A DNA stretch of 64,000 nt from Octopus sinensis (GCF_006345805.1 NC_043000.1:6882001-6946000), one strand, 5' to 3'; shown: positions 12,106-26,853, numbered from the stretch's first letter. The notes: generated from the letters alone by a model not told the origin. A program made the numbers and translations.

Positions 12106-15029
12106 CTGCAAGAAAAAAAAAATAATATTCAGAATTATTAACACTGATTGAAAAGAACATAAGATTATTTTATCTTAGAAAATCAGCAACTTCTTTTATC
12201 ATTGCAGCAGTCCACATCAAACAATATAATTAACTTCAATCTTTAAATTGCAAAATATAATTAACTGCATAAAAACAAAACAAAAAAAAAAAACCAAAAT
12301 AACTGCAAAATATAATTAACTTCAATCTTTAAACTGCAAAAACAACTTTTTCTTCTTTTAAAAAATAGCTTTAGTCATAAAATTGAGGTTATACAGAGTG
12401 TAGAGAAAGTGAACCTTTGAGTAATTTAATATGGCACCTGACAGATGATCTCAGCCACTTTTGAGAGCTCAAGATGTGGCTCAAGCCTGTTGAATTATAT
12501 GTCAGACACAGTAAATATGTAAAGCATGTTACAACATGAATATTGTAATGGTCAGAGAATGTCTGCCCAGCTGACAACAGGTATCACTTATATTTTGTGG
12601 TTGAGTGATTAACAACTGGAAGAGTTTCTGGCTAGAAAAAGACTTGATTCCAACAATATATAAACATATAAGTTTAAGGAACTTTCCCTTTTCTGAAGCT
12701 AAGGAAAAAAAATGAATATAAAACAGTAAATATATTGAATGAAATGCATAATAGTCATTATGCATGAGTTACCATACAAACGTACACGTGTATGTTTGTA
12801 TGTACACACACACACATATATATATACATATATATGCATACATCCATATATGTGTGTGTTTCCATTCAAAAATACTACTGTAAAGGATTATAGACATTAT
12901 ACTAGCTGTATAAAACTATTGTTAGAGAATTGATACAGTGTACATACACACAGTGTCTATTATCTATCAGATAACATAATCCTTTAATTATATCTTTATA
13001 AATCCAGTCCCCACACTTCTAAACTGAATTTTCAAGACAGACAGACACACAGAGAGGGAAAGATTGCATCTGTGCATGAAGGAGAGAGAGAGAGAGGGGG
13101 GCAGGAAGAAAGAAAGATAGAAAGAATGGGGGAGGCAAAGTGAGAAAACCCCAAAAGAACTTAACTAGATATGAATGACATTTGAAAGCAACTTGCTAGT
13201 GGTATTGAGTATATTTGGAATTTTAAGAAAAGAAGGCTCTTAACAAAAAGAAAAAAAAGTTTTAGATTAAAGAAAGATTAATCATTAGATATACAATAGG
13301 GTAGACAGATTTAAAAGAAAGAAAAAACTGAAAAAAAAAACTTATAGAAAGTTTAAATTACTGAGATATATCTTCAGGAATTCAGTAGAGCAAATTTCAT
13401 TGTTTATTTATAAGATAAGACTCTTCCACTCGGCACAAAGCCAGTTGCCATGGAAGAGTATAGCTGACTGAAACCATTGTAATATACTTATTTTCACTGA
13501 CTGGAAACAAAACTGAATAGCGCAAACCAGTTAGGACCACATTCTACTATTTCTGTCAACTTCCTTGCTTGCCTCCTTTAACACTTTTAACACCTACCAA
13601 TCTGTAAACCATCTTTTTGTTCTGATAAAACCCTTTCATTTTAGGTGGTTCATATTTAAATTTAAAATGTCCTTCATAGTCTTATCTAAGAAACTTTTGG
13701 TTCAGGAAGGTTTCAAACACCAGTTTAATAATTACAATGATTTTAATAAATATCTCAACAAAAGAGAATGTATTTATGAGATGTGTGGCCACAAAAGGAT
13801 TAAGATGTAGCAGAGTTGTTGGAATATCAGAAAGAGAAATAAAATTAATGCTTAAATTTACTAACTTTTATTCTTGCAGTTATCTGTTTTGATTCCCAAT
13901 TTGTAACTATGACAAAACACTTGTATCACTAATATATTTGAGAAAACATGATTATCACCCAATCTCATTTCTACTTTTCTTTTGTGTGTGAGCCTTTATG
14001 TCAAGCAAATCTCCAATGAATCTTAAAAATCAATACAACAATATTTTAAGTTCAATGATAGATATACTGAGTGTATTCACCTGGAGTCTAAAATTATTTT
14101 CTGAAAAGTGCTTAAAGTGCTTGACTACTTACTACTAATCCATAAAATAAAAACCTACAACTGATATCTATACTGTGCCCTCAAAAAAGGTAATTAAGTC
14201 CACTTATTTGAAAACCATCCCAGCTAGCTGAATAGCTAGCATTATGGAAGAGCATCGTCAGGTATTTGATCAAAAAATTTCTTGCAAATGACTCAGGCTT
14301 TAAAATCATCTAAACCATGTTATTAAAAATAAATTTAAAAGGACCAAACTAAAAATTAAATCTACAACAACAATGAGGGTGTACATTTCAATTATGGTCA
14401 CATAGCACATGACATATTTACATTTATATGACTTACACTCCAGAACATGACTTATGTTTATTAATCCCAGACAGAGTTGAAAAGCCAGGTTAGTCTTGGC
14501 TGGACACAACTTCGAAAATAGTCAGATGGCATGAAAGACCAACTATTTCTGCTACTCAAAAGAATTAAATCACAATGTTTACTATTACAAGCAACAGAAA
14601 GCCAAAACTACAGAAGATGTTAAGAAACTTGTGGACCACCCAAAGAGATCAATAGTTCATATCCCATTCTCAACATAGAGTTTGCAGAAAAATCCTTTAC
14701 TTTTAATATCCATTAATGCTTGCAATGTCTCAGGCATGGAGTAATTGATGAGCATTTTGTTAGCTTGCAGTGGTGAACACAAACCCACCCACTTAGCAAA
14801 ATTGATGACTGACTGACATCTGAAGCAATGGTATAAGAGTCTTAACTGCTCTGCAACATGATGCAAGCACCACAAAAATAGAATATTTAAACATAAGAAA
14901 GGGGTGAGTACAGACATAATAAAAAAAAAAAAGAATTTGTTTAAAATTAAAAACAATAAAAATAAAGGGACTATTAGAAATTCTTTGTGATTTTATATGA
15001 AATATGTTGGGATATGAAACTGTTCCTTA

Positions 15030-15210
15030 ATCTGTGATCTTTTTTGGAAACCCATGCATGGACATACAGGTATTAACAAACAAAGAGAAGAATGTATTGA
15101 TCAACTTGTGGAAGACACTGGTTATAAGGTTGAGGCTATGAAAACTCCTATGGAAGATCAGGACATCAGTGTGGGAGAGTTGCATTGGTCCAAACAAGTC
15201 ATCTGACCAG
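15030..15210 (+). mobile_element. Degraded RTE-like 3' end
   Basis: WKPMHGH...IDQLVEDTG...MEDQ resembles RTE WxPxHG...YIDQLxxDTG...MxDR. Confidence 0.5.
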
Positions 15211-16169
15211 ATAGATAGATAGTTGTTATTGTTGCTAAATGGCAGTAGAGTGGCACATGTGGTAAAGTGCCATCAGATCAAAAATGCTTCTGATCACAGG
15301 TCTTCTTGATCAAGACTAACCTAAGACCAAACAACAACAGATTCCTGGAGCAAATTGAAAAATTAAAGAAATATTTATTTACTAGCTTAAAAGCCAACCT
15401 ATCAGGCAGCATTTAAGCTAGCTCCTGTGGAGGGCTCTTCATTAGGCCTTGAGCCCAACAATGACACTTCATGCATTGAGTACATATTAAATTTGATTAA
15501 ACTTGAACTATATTTTTCAAGCAATGAACAATTTTCATCAAAATGATTTTAAGTTGTCGACTTGGAACTTATTACAAAGCTGCATGATAAACAACATCGC
15601 TACCACATCTGCAATACACACACCATTCAGACTTCTGATGCCACCACCATCAATACCTTTGACTTTGCCTTCCCCTCCACCACCACCACCATTGTTTTTC
15701 ACATCGCTTACTCTCACTGTCATCCCTGACCACCTCGGCTACCACCACTACCACCACCACCACAGCTCATACTATTACTATCACCCCATTACCATCACAA
15801 AAAGGCTAAATGTGTGTGTAAAGGAATTCAATGTTCAGTATGTTAGTTCAGTGTTCAGTCCCTCTTTCTCACTCTTATTATTATTCCCAATGCCACCATC
15901 AACACTACTATTTTCAATAAAACATCAACTCTCCCTAAATTTCTTTGTCTCTCTCTCTCTCTCTCTCTCTCTGTCTTTGTGACTGCCCTCACCGTCTCTA
16001 TGTTTACTATTACTTTCACCCCAATATGAGTAATAGTAGAAGTGTCATTGAATAGTGAGAGAGGGGGTCAAAGAGGGGCACACCAACATAGAAATTAGTT
16101 TTCGTATTTATTATATTAGATTTATTACTATTATTTTGCATCAAGAACTATTAGTTTGCAAGCTTCTGT

Positions 16170-16445
16170 CCCCACATTGGTCAACTGAAAAAAACCAATT
16201 CTTCTCCATGAGACACTTCACAACCATGTGTCTCACATAGGACTGTTGAAGTTGAAGAAACTAGGCCAACAAAACTCACCTACCATACTCCCCAGACCTC
16301 TCTCCAACTGAGTACCACCATTTTTTCAACTATTCTGGTAACTTACAGTAAAAGAAGTACTTCAACTACAATACATTAGATGCTTTTAAGAAAGAATCAG
16401 TTTCAAAACACCAGGATTTAGTAGTACCAAAATAAAGGAACTTGT
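16170..16445 (+). mobile_element. Mariner transposase remnant
   Basis: PTLVN*KKPILLH... and PYSPDLSPTEYHHFF (mariner YSPDL motif, 16286-16300). Confidence 0.85.
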
Positions 16446-18190
16446 TCCTTGTTTGCAAAAATGTTTAGATTCTTTGGGATCATTATTTTGATCAATAATA
16501 TTTATCCTGGCTATAAACTGCAATTCTTTTTCTTTCCCTTTATCTGTTCAGGTTTTCGATTAAATTTAAATATATAAAAAAAACTTATTTAAATAAGTCA
16601 TCAAAAAGGAAATGAATAAAAAACTATTGTTCAATAAAACTGCTCAATTCATTGATAGCCAAATCAATTCTTGTGTATTACAAACCCATTATAAGTATTA
16701 AACGATGCCCAGAAGGTAGGGGCAGAGGGTGAAAATAATCAAGATATGAAGTGTGTGTGTGTGTGTGTGTGTGTGGCAAGGGTGGGATGCTAGCTAATAA
16801 AGACTGCAACATTCAACCAGTGCCTTAAGGTAAATAAGAGACATGCTCTGTCTGAGTAGAACAGAGAACAAGGGAAAGAGAAAGCTAGTAGAGGGCAACT
16901 AGTGTAACTATATTATAACAGTAACCTGAACTTGGCTGGCAAACAAAGCAACAAACACAAAACAAAAAGAAATCATCAGAACAAAAGGAAATTAAGAAAA
17001 TATACCCCAGTTTCATTGTTTCAAGTCTTAAGTATTTTGAGTCGAACATTCTTTCTTTTTCTTTTTATATGCAGCTACACACACACACACACACACACAC
17101 ATCATTTCAACATAAAAAGTAGTGTTACAGTTGTTCAATGTATAAAAAGGTGGGGAATGAAAAAAAAAATATATTAAAAAGAAAGGACTAAACAAACAAG
17201 AAAACAAAAACAAAAAATAAACTCCATGTAAATTTCTAGGTCACAGTAGCTCTGGTTCTATTTACAACTGGGTAGAAACAATGAGAACAAGTTTACTAGG
17301 ATCAAGAGTTCTAGATATTAAAAGTCAAGAAGATGGTAAAGCAGCTGTGGGAAGGAAAAAAAATATGAGATAAAACATATTTAGAGATAAGAAGAAAAAA
17401 AAAAGGAGAGAAAAAGAGGACGGGAAGTTAATGTAGAAAGCCAACAAGAAAATATTGAACAGTGAATAAGAAAACTGTAAAATAAAAGGTGAGAGGAGAT
17501 TAAAAAGAAAACATCTTGACACTTAATCCCCTCCCACCTTGCTGTAATAATTTTGTAAGCTCCAAGAACAGATGTACATGTTTCCTATGATATGCCCTAA
17601 GGAGGTGTGCGTAAGAAGTGGGGGGAACAAGATCAACTATTCTCAATGAAACTGAAATGTCTAGCACAAGTACATCAGCTGATGAGAGCGACTAATTATA
17701 AGCCTAAATCAAGGATCTTTAATTTACCCTCTCGACAGTTTAGAATTAACAGCTAATCTTTGAACTAAAATGTAAGGCTTTAAAATATCTGAACTCAACT
17801 TATTACAGAAATTAAGTGCATTTGATTATATATGTCATTATTCTCATCATTCCAACGTCCACTTTTCCATGCTTGCATGCATCAGAAAGGGTTTATTGAG
17901 ATGCCCTCCCTGTTGCCAATCTCCACCTGTTTCCAAGCAAGGTAATATTTCTCCATAACTAGACACGACTGATTTCACAGAAATGGATGACTGCTCATAT
18001 GATAATGACCCCTAGTGTAAGAGAAATACTTTAAACAGCAAAACAAAAAGGAAAAAAAAATCGAATTTTGACTCTTTTCTAATAAATATATATATAAAAA
18101 TACTTTAAACTAAACAGACATTGAAAGCTAATACAAGTATATAATAATCAATGTGTATGTATATGATACCCTGCTATATATATATATATA

Positions 18191-18416
18191 TATTTCTTTA
18201 CTACCCACAAGGGGCTAAACGCAGAGGGGACAAACGAGGACAGACAAACGGATTAAGTCGATTATATCGACCCCAGTGCGTAACTGGTACTTAATTTATC
18301 GACCCCGAAAGGATGAAAGGCGAAGTCGACCACGGCGGAATTTGAACCCAGAACGTAACGGCAGACGAATTACGGCTACGCATTTCGCCCGGCATGCTAA
18401 CGTTTCTGCCAGCTTG
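18191..18416 (-). mobile_element. tRNA-derived SINE family A, near full length
   Basis: A-box-like GGCAGAAACGTTAG and B-box GGTTCAAATTC; central CTTTCATCCTTTCGGGGTCGATAAA. Confidence 0.9.
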
Positions 18417-18709
18417 CATATAAACATACTAATACACACACATATATATAGGCATGGCACAGGTGCAGAATATGACTGTGTGGGTGGATTTGACTGTTTT
18501 AAATTATAAAGATAATCCCTAGAGTAACAAATACGTGAAGAAGAAGTGTCAACATAATTAACCCTCTCATTTTCTAAAATTACTTTTAGTCCTCTGATCT
18601 CAGCTAGTCTTAGTCACCTTTCATCTATTATATTACAATCTCACCTCAGGAAACCGAATGTATCCGATATTACCATCCCAACAATATCAGTTATCTGTTC
18701 ACATTTTAA

Positions 18710-18915
18710 CCCTTTAACAATCAGATTACTCTGCCAAATTTAATGCCTATTTATTCACATTGTTTTTAATTAACCATACATTATCTCATAGCTTTGAGAA
18801 TCTGATGACGTAACTGTCATTGTAAGATTGCTGGGAGAGGCCAGATTTAGCTGGTTCAAACATAAAATAGGTAGAATATTTAAGGCTAGATATGGCCAGT
18901 TGAAAAGCTAAAGAG
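18710..18915. mobile_element. piggyBac-like MITE
   Basis: TTAA on both flanks (18706-18709, 18916-18919); ends CCCTTTA...TAAAGAG; other copies in the window. Confidence 0.8.
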
Positions 18916-19243
18916 TTAATTAAAATATTGACATCATTCTCATTATTGTATATGCTGCATTAGATTGTAACAATGTGAATTTTTTTCTTACTCATTCATT
19001 TGAATTTTACAGCAATCTTTGCAAGTAGATAACTGTTTCATATTTAATAACAAGGAACCCGAGTTCCAAGGGCTTTCAAAAGGAAGAAGTGGTTACAAGA
19101 AATGGAATTATTTGGCATGATAAAATACATTCAGCCCACATTAAAAAATGAATGATGATGCAAGGACATTCATTTGTAAAAGGCATGTTGAAAAACACAA
19201 GTAAAGAAAAGAGAGGTGGACCATGCAAGCTATATACAGTTTA

Positions 19244-19476
19244 AAGGCAGCGAGCTGGCAGAAACGTTAGCATGCCGGGCGAAATGCTTAGCGGTATTTC
19301 GTCTGTCGCTACATTCTGAGTTCAAATTCTGCCGAGGTCAACTTTGCCATTCATCCTTTCGGGGTCAATTAAATAAGTACCAGTTACGCACTGGGGTCGA
19401 TATAATCAACTTCATCCATTTGTCTGTCCTTGTTTGTCCCCTCTGTGTTTAGCCCCTTGTGAGTAGTAAAGAAATA
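19244..19476 (+). mobile_element. tRNA-derived SINE family A, full length with TSD
   Basis: 15-bp direct repeat GCTATATACAGTTTA at 19229-19243 and 19477-19491. Confidence 0.93.
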
Positions 19477-19796
19477 GCTATATACAGTTTAGGAATGTAG
19501 TAACTCTGAATTTTTTATGAAAAGTGAAACACAGGATAGGAGCCAGTTTAGTGTCAATGCTAACAATCACTCTAGTGCCATTGGTGAAATTAGATGAACA
19601 TAGTCCATGTTGTATACAGTTTGGTGATAGTAATAAAGAATCAGGGCTGCAGAAATCATACAAGAAAATATATAAATAAAAATACATACATAACAACAAA
19701 GAATTTTCTTTGTTGATGTGTGTGCTAAATGACTGGAACAGTTAGTGAGATACTTTAAGCCCTGTTTATAGTATCATGCCAGCATGGTAATATCAT

Positions 19797-20118
19797 TTAT
19801 CTTTTACTTGTTTCACTTACTGGACTGCAACCATGCAAGGGCATTTCCCTAAAGATTCTAGTCAAATAAATCAATCCCAGTATTTATTCTATCAGTCTAT
19901 TTTGGTAAAACACTATGTTACGAGGATATAAACAAACCAACACTGGTTATCAAATGGTGGTGGGACACACAAATACACACAGGCTTCTTTCAGTTTCTGT
20001 CAACCAAATCTATAAGACTTTGGTCAGCCTGGGGAAAATGATAGATGAAATTTGCCCAAGGTTCCAGACAGAACCCTGATTCATGGGGTCAGGAAGCAAG
20101 TTTCTTACCACACAGCCA
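19797..20118 (-). mobile_element. tRNA-headed SINE family B (CORE-like CCTTGGGCAAGT segment)
   Basis: Reverse-complement alignment to 20149-20548 and 55831-56225. Confidence 0.8.
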
Positions 20119-20148
20119 CTGTATGTATATATGTATGTATTCATATAT

Positions 20149-20548
20149 GTGTGGTAAGAAGCTTGCTTCTCAGCCACATGGCTCCAGGTTCAGTCTCACT
20201 GCATGGCACCTTGGGCAAGTGTCTTCTACTACTACAGCCTCAGGCTGACCAAGCCTTGTGAGTGGATTTGGTGGCAAAAACTGAAAGAAACCCATCATAC
20301 AAACATACACGCATGTGTGTGAGTGTGTGTGTGTGTGTATCTATGTGGTTGTCTTTGTCTTTCTCCCCCACCATCACTCAACAACTGGTGTTGATTTATG
20401 TCCCCATAACCATAGCAGTTTGACATAGGACACCAAAAGAACAAGTACCAGGCTTTAAAAAGTCCTGATCTTGATTTATTCAACTAAATACCTCTGGGTA
20501 CTGCCCCAGCATGGCCACAATCCAATGACTAAAACAAGTAAAAGGATA
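20149..20548 (+). mobile_element. SINE family B
   Basis: GGTAAGAAGCTTGC...GGTTCAGTC...CCTTGGGCAAGTGTCTTCTACT, internal (TG)n, 3' CAATGACTAAAACAAGTAAAAG. Confidence 0.85.
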
Positions 20549-20995
20549 TAATATCATAATCTATTGGTATGCATACCTACCTACCTACATACCTCTATAC
20601 ATACAAATGCTACACATGCACACACACAACTTCATTGCAGTTAGGATCACAAAGTTCCCTCTCAGTGAAGCTCATCATATATCAGTCAATAGCCACAATA
20701 AAAGATCTGCTGGTGTACATTTGGCAATTACTGTACAAAGAAAATTATGTCACACCCAAGAGAGCATATGAATTAATTAATTCTTTATAACAGAGTATTT
20801 CAAGCCTTGCTATATATAATCAAAATCCTGACTTCCCTGTTGTTAGACCTGTATGTTTTCTCAAGGGATAAAATATTTTTGGAGCAAGACTAGAAATACT
20901 TTTGTAGATAGAATTATTTATCACACTTGACGTTGTGTTATGTAGCATGTGACACACATTATTCTTATATATCTAAGTATTAGTTTACATCTGTT

Positions 20996-21335
20996 GTGAA
21001 GGCACATGCTCAGTGGTTACAGCGTCGAGCTTACAATCGTGAGGTTGAGAGTTCGAACCCCGGACCGGGCTGTGTGTTATGTTCTTGAGCAAGACACTTT
21101 ATTTCATGTTGCTCCAGTTCACTCAGCTGTAGAAATGAGTTGTGACGTCACTGGTGCCAAGCTGTATCAGCCTTTGCCTTTCCTTGGATAACATCAGTGG
21201 CATGGAGAGGGGAGGCTGGTATGCATGGGCAACTGCTGGTCTTCTGTAAAAAACCTTACCCAGACTTGTACCTGGGAGGGTAACTTTCTAGGTGCAATCC
21301 CATGATCAGTCATGACCAAAGGGGGTCTCACCAGT
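20996..21335 (+). mobile_element. tRNA-headed SINE family C
   Basis: A/B boxes (CAGTGGTTACAGCG, GAGTTCGAACCC) followed by GTTCTTGAGCAAGACACTTT; related copies at 29940, 31315 and 52590. Confidence 0.85.
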
Positions 21336-22384
21336 TTACATATGTTACTGTACATAAGGTGGTGGGTTGGTGAGGTCAATTCTCACCATGGTTTGCTTTA
21401 TCTTCCAACCTTCCTGGGGCCAATATAAAATAAGTTGCTGCAGAATAATGAAGTCAATGAAAGTGACTTTGCCCTGGCCCCATTTGCTAAGGACTCATTC
21501 ATAGATGAATGTCTCTAATCACCAAAACTTCAATCAATTCACTACTCATGTACACTAGCAAAGGGATAATTAAAAAGCAATAATACTGTCATTGTCATCA
21601 TCATCATTTAACGACCAGGTTCCATGTTGGGATAGGTTAGACAATTTGACAGGATCTGATCGGTTCAAGGACTGCATTGTGCTCCAGTGTCTGCTTTGGC
21701 ATGGTTTCTATCACTGAATGTCCTTCCTAACATCAATCACATTACAGCATGTATTAGCTGCATTTTGTTTGTACCACCAGCACCAATGTGGCCACAAGAC
21801 TACAAACCTCAAGGAAGGTAGTGAAGGGGGTTGACTTTATGATAGGGAATGAGAGGTTAAAATATGAGAGAGGGGGAGGAGCCAAAGCAGTTTCTTGCAG
21901 AGGAGCTGCATGGCTACTCACATTTAGTTAAGAGAGAGATTAAAAAAAGAAAAATGATCAATAGGAGCTGCAAAGAGATAGTGACAATGAAGTGTCCAGG
22001 TGGCCCCTCACAACACAAGGTGAGTAGATATTACCATTCTTATCATCATTGTTTTACATCTGCTTTACCATATTGGTATGGCCTGCATTTGTTTTTTAAG
22101 GAAGTGTTTTATGACTTTAACAACCTTTCTGTTGCCAGCCTTTTAGTTAACTCTTATAACAAATAAGGACACAAACATACCGATACTGTATCTTGGTTTA
22201 AATCATAAAAAAGTGTGTTTTTAGCAATGATGTTTCATGCTTGGTAGTTTTCAGAGATGGTGGAGTATAAAAAATTTATCACATCACTACCATTTTATTA
22301 ATGAGATCTTCAACATTTCATTATATTACAAAGCCTTTTTTTCCTTTTTAAGATTGATATTACTTTTAAAAAAATATTAAAAAA

Positions 22385-22770
22385 ACACAGGTGCAAACAT
22401 GGTTGTGATTATGAAGATTGCTTTGCAACTACATGGTTTCAGGTTCAATCTCACTGCGCTGTGTCTTGGGCTACAGCCTCAGGCCTTGTCAGTGAATTAG
22501 TGATAATGGTACACAAAAACTGTGTGGAAGCCCATCATATATGTGTGATTGTGTGTGTGTTGGTCCCACTGCCACCACCACCATCATGTGACAAACGGAG
22601 TTGGTTTGTTTACATCCAAAAAATTTTGCAGTTTGGCAAAAAATACTGACAGAATAAGTACCAGACTTTAAAAAAGAAAAAAAAAGTAGTGGGGTCAATT
22701 TGTTTTGACTAAACACTTCTAGTAGGGCTGCAGTCCAATGACTGAAGCAAGTAAATGATAAAAAGATTGA
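22385..22770 (+). mobile_element. SINE family B, decayed
   Basis: Colinear with 20149-20548. Confidence 0.7.
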
Positions 22771-25700
22771 TTGTAAATTAAATAGCTGTTGTGGAGAAAG
22801 TTGTTCAAAAAGACTGGAAGCTGGAAATATTTCATATTATTACCCTAGTGAATCACTTGCTTTTTAAACTTGGAGTTCAAAAGAGTAAAATTTATTGTGT
22901 AATACAAAGCATACACACTGCATTTATCTGACGGCCTTGATTTTATCCTGACCTATACTTTGGTCCTTAAGTCAGCTGGTTATGAGTGAGACAACATGTC
23001 TAGAGTGCTTTGCTGGTGAAAAGAATAATAGATGCTTTCATTTAAAGTGATATTTCCCAGCATTTAAAAAGCACAGTAGCTAAAAAAAGGAAAGAAAGAA
23101 AATACCATACAGCTTGATTTGTTAACTGTATATATAGTATAAGAAAATTTAGGAAAAGAAGAAAAGAGATTTGATTTTTGTACCTCTAAAACTATGCATA
23201 ACACACTCAAACTTTGTACTTACAATGATTTATCACCAAGGTTTATTGCTTTAAACCAACAAAAATTTATTGAAATCTATCTAAATTCTAGTTTATAATG
23301 ATTTTCTCATTGTTAAGTGTGTGTATGTATAGAGACAGGCAGACAGAGATATGCATGCATATATCTCATCATCATCATCATCGTCATCGTCATTTAATAT
23401 CTACTTCCCATGTTGGCAGAGGTTGGATCCAGCAAGCTGTGAGCTGCTTTTGCATGGTTTCCACAGCTGGATGCCCTTTCCAACACCAACCACTTTACAT
23501 AGTGTACTGGGTGCATTTTTTTGTGCCAGCACTACTTAGGTTGCCATTTAACTTGCAAGACAGAAAAAGAAAAACAGTAAAAGCTCCCACTACTAAGTGG
23601 TGGGGGAGGGTTACTTGAAGGAGGAAGGTGGCTTGATGCAACGTGTAAAAAGGATAAGGTATGATAGAGGGACCAGCACAGGTGGTTTGCTATAGAGGGG
23701 ATACAGGGCTACCCAACATTATAGATAGATGTGGGTGAAAGTATCTGAGAAGGAGATAAAAGAAGGTAGTGGTGGAGAGCCAGAGCAAACTCTCATGGTA
23801 CAAGAAGGAGAGCAAAATAGAAGATAAAAACATTCTTATTTAATATATATATACACACACACACCACACACACATATATATATATATTGTACCTTATCTG
23901 CTGGATTCAAAGATGAAAGGCAAAGTCAACCTTGGTGAATTTTGAAATTTGAACTCAGAATGTCAAGACAGATGAAATGCTGCTTAGTATTCTGCCTGGC
24001 ATGCTAATGATTTTGCCAACTCACTACCTTACTACTCCTACTACTAATGATGATGATGATCATCATCATCATCATTAGATTGTACTACATGACATGTGGA
24101 GTACTATCAAACAAGACAGAATACAAAAATGGGAATTCATTACTTGAAAGAAATATTGATCCAGTTACTATTGCAGACAATCTTGGTTGTTTTTGAGAGA
24201 ATAAATACGAAATCTGCCAGCAATGCAGATGAGGATAACGATTTACCTTGATCTGCAGATGACAATTTCTTAGGATTTTGTAGACCACAAATAAATAAAT
24301 CATGTTTTTTTAATTTTTTATATTTATTCTACTCTAATGCTTGCTATATACAGTAGCCTATGCAATTCACAGAAAGGCCAGTCTCTATTAGAGTGTATTC
24401 AATTCTCCCTTACCCCATTAACCACTGAGTTCTGATATAAACAAAATAATTGTTTTATTTGGGGTTTTTTCTGTATCTATAGGAATTTGTTCACATTTAT
24501 TGTACCTTTTTGTTTGCTTTGTTACCATTTTCTTAACAAAATTCTCAAAAATTGTTTATTGCATTGTTTGCTTTGTCTGCATAGTATTTATACATAACAA
24601 ATGTATGGTATTTCTTTTCATCTGTAGTAAATTGAATTTACTTTCCTCTCAACGTTAGTATAATGTTACTATATTTATGATTCTATACCTTATTCCAGTA
24701 TATTGTATTTACATGCAGAAAGATAATGTTTGCCCATCATAGATAGCCACTTTGGAATCACTTTCACTAAATGTATGATGGGACATCAAACTAAAACTCT
24801 TTTTATCTTCTTCAAAATATCCTTACAATAATGGTGCATGCTGCTTTTGCAGAAAGGTTTCTTCAATGTTGGCAAATACAATCTTCTGTTATACTATTCA
24901 AACACACACACACAAATTAGTTTAGTCATTTTGCCACAGAGACTGTTTACTAAAGTATAATGAATACTTCAATTATACTTTGGATATTCCAACTAGTTAA
25001 GTGGATTTTGTTTTTTTCTTGTTCAGTTTTTGTTCTCTAGTCTGAAGAGATAGGAGCAGAAGCCATAGCTCCACAGATATGTGAAGTCAATATTCAGCTG
25101 GATTGTCTGAATTAAACCTTTAAAAGACCTTTAGTACAGCAGGGATGGCAGGAAAGGAAATACAGTGAGGATAGTAAGAGAGAAAAAAATCAGGAGCATT
25201 GAGTGAGCTTAAATAGGAGTAATTTATAGGTTGATATTTGAGAAGTGTAGGAATCATAGAGAGAAGGGTGCTATTGTTAAACCCCTTCAATCCTGTTTGA
25301 GCAGGCCTGTGTTCAAAGGAAATCTAGCTATCCTTTTAAAAACATATTCAGGGTAACATTACCTCACAGATCCTGTTGTGACTTGAGCCAGTCTTTGCTA
25401 CTATTTCTAGCTAGTTGAGTAACCACATAATTATTCTTGTGCACTTGAAGATTGTGTAGAGACAAGTGATTGAAGCTCTTTGATAACCAAAAGTTTCCCA
25501 ATTCAGTCTAATGGTATTTTTCTCTATGCAGTCTAGAATATTTTTTGAGTATAGCAGCTACTCATCATACATGTGGGCAGTACACTAAAATGGAACATAT
25601 TTGTTCTCTACAGACTACTATTCAAAGGTAAAGAGTTGCTGATCTTCTACAAAGAACCTTGAAGAGGATGCCTAACTTTTATGAAGCAAGGGGATATGGC

Positions 25701-25929
25701 ATTTACTATTCCATAATTAGAATAGACTGGCAAGAAACAAAATAAGGATAAAACCAACATGGGTTATCCATATGCCCCAAAATATTCAGCTAACAGAATA
25801 AACATCAAATACTTGAATAATAGTCTTACATGTGAGACAAATAATGGTAACTGAACCATTGTTTACATTAAAAATAATTAAGAAAAAAAGGACTGTTAAC
25901 TTTTGGTAATAGTAAATCTTTGTGTGTGA

Positions 25930-26345
25930 AGAGTCACACCAACAATATAACGAACCACTTCCTGTGGATATGCTCATAAAATCCAAAACCAGTGCAGCTC
26001 TCACGGCTTTCAGGAACATTTTCTTACAGTCAGAATTGTTGAAACTTGGAATAAACTACCTCTATTAGCTGTTAGCTGACAAGACATTATTTCTTTAAAA
26101 AAATTTCATGCTTCCTGAAATTCACCAACACTACCCCTGATATGTCTATGCACTTGTCCTCTTTATGGCTCCCTTGCTTTTAACTTTCTATCTGTGTTTT
26201 ATCCTGTGTTCAATGCATGCAGTTTTGGCTACGATTGCAGCCTTTCTTAATGTGACTTATCACTGCTTTCTGTTCTTTCTTTTACTCTTTTCCAACAAGT
26301 TATGGTGCCCCTGAGCCCTATATACAATAAACACATTATTATTAA
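25930..26345 (+). mobile_element. CR1-group LINE 3' end
   Basis: AHKIQNQCSSHGFQEHFLTVRIVETWNKLP (CR1-like RVVxxWNxLP motif), then a UTR ending AATAAACACATTATTATT. Confidence 0.75.
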
Positions 26346-26764
26346 CTCTCTACAAAGAAGACTAGGAATCATCCAAGAGTGGAATCCAGAATATAAAGAA
26401 CAAAACCAAAATACTGTGTAGTGAAATGAGTTGTTATGAAAGTTAATATTGTATACATGTCACACTTCCAAGCCATAAACAACAAATTTCTTGAGTATAG
26501 AGTTGAAAAACTGAATAAGAAAAATTACTGAATACTTGTATAAAAAGATTGTGGCCAACAATATAAGGTGATCAGGATACATCAAACTCACTACTAATTT
26601 TACAAATCACAGAGGAGGGTAATGACATCATCATCACCATTAAAGTCCATTTTTCCAGGTTTGTATGGTTGAATGAAATTTATTGAGGTGGATTTACTAA
26701 AGCCAAACACCCTTCCTATTACCAATCCTCACTTGTTTCCAAGTAATGTAATATTTCCCATAAT

Positions 26765-26853
26765 GCATGGGTTGGACGGTTCACAGACCCCAGTAGAACC
26801 GTCCAACCCATGCTAGCATGGAAAACGGACGCTAAACGATGATGATGATGATG
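26765..26853 (+). mobile_element. Very short RTE tail with a 5' snap-back inversion
   Basis: 18-bp perfect inverted repeat (26765-26782 / 26796-26813); (GAT)n tail. Confidence 0.85.

Noticed and set aside
12223-12345. Short AT-rich duplication upstream of the exon 2 acceptor
   Set aside because: Looks like ordinary slippage; no evidence of function.
18191-18416. tRNA-like A/B boxes here and in other SINE heads
   Set aside because: No complete cloverleaf; the sequence continues into SINE bodies, some with TSDs.
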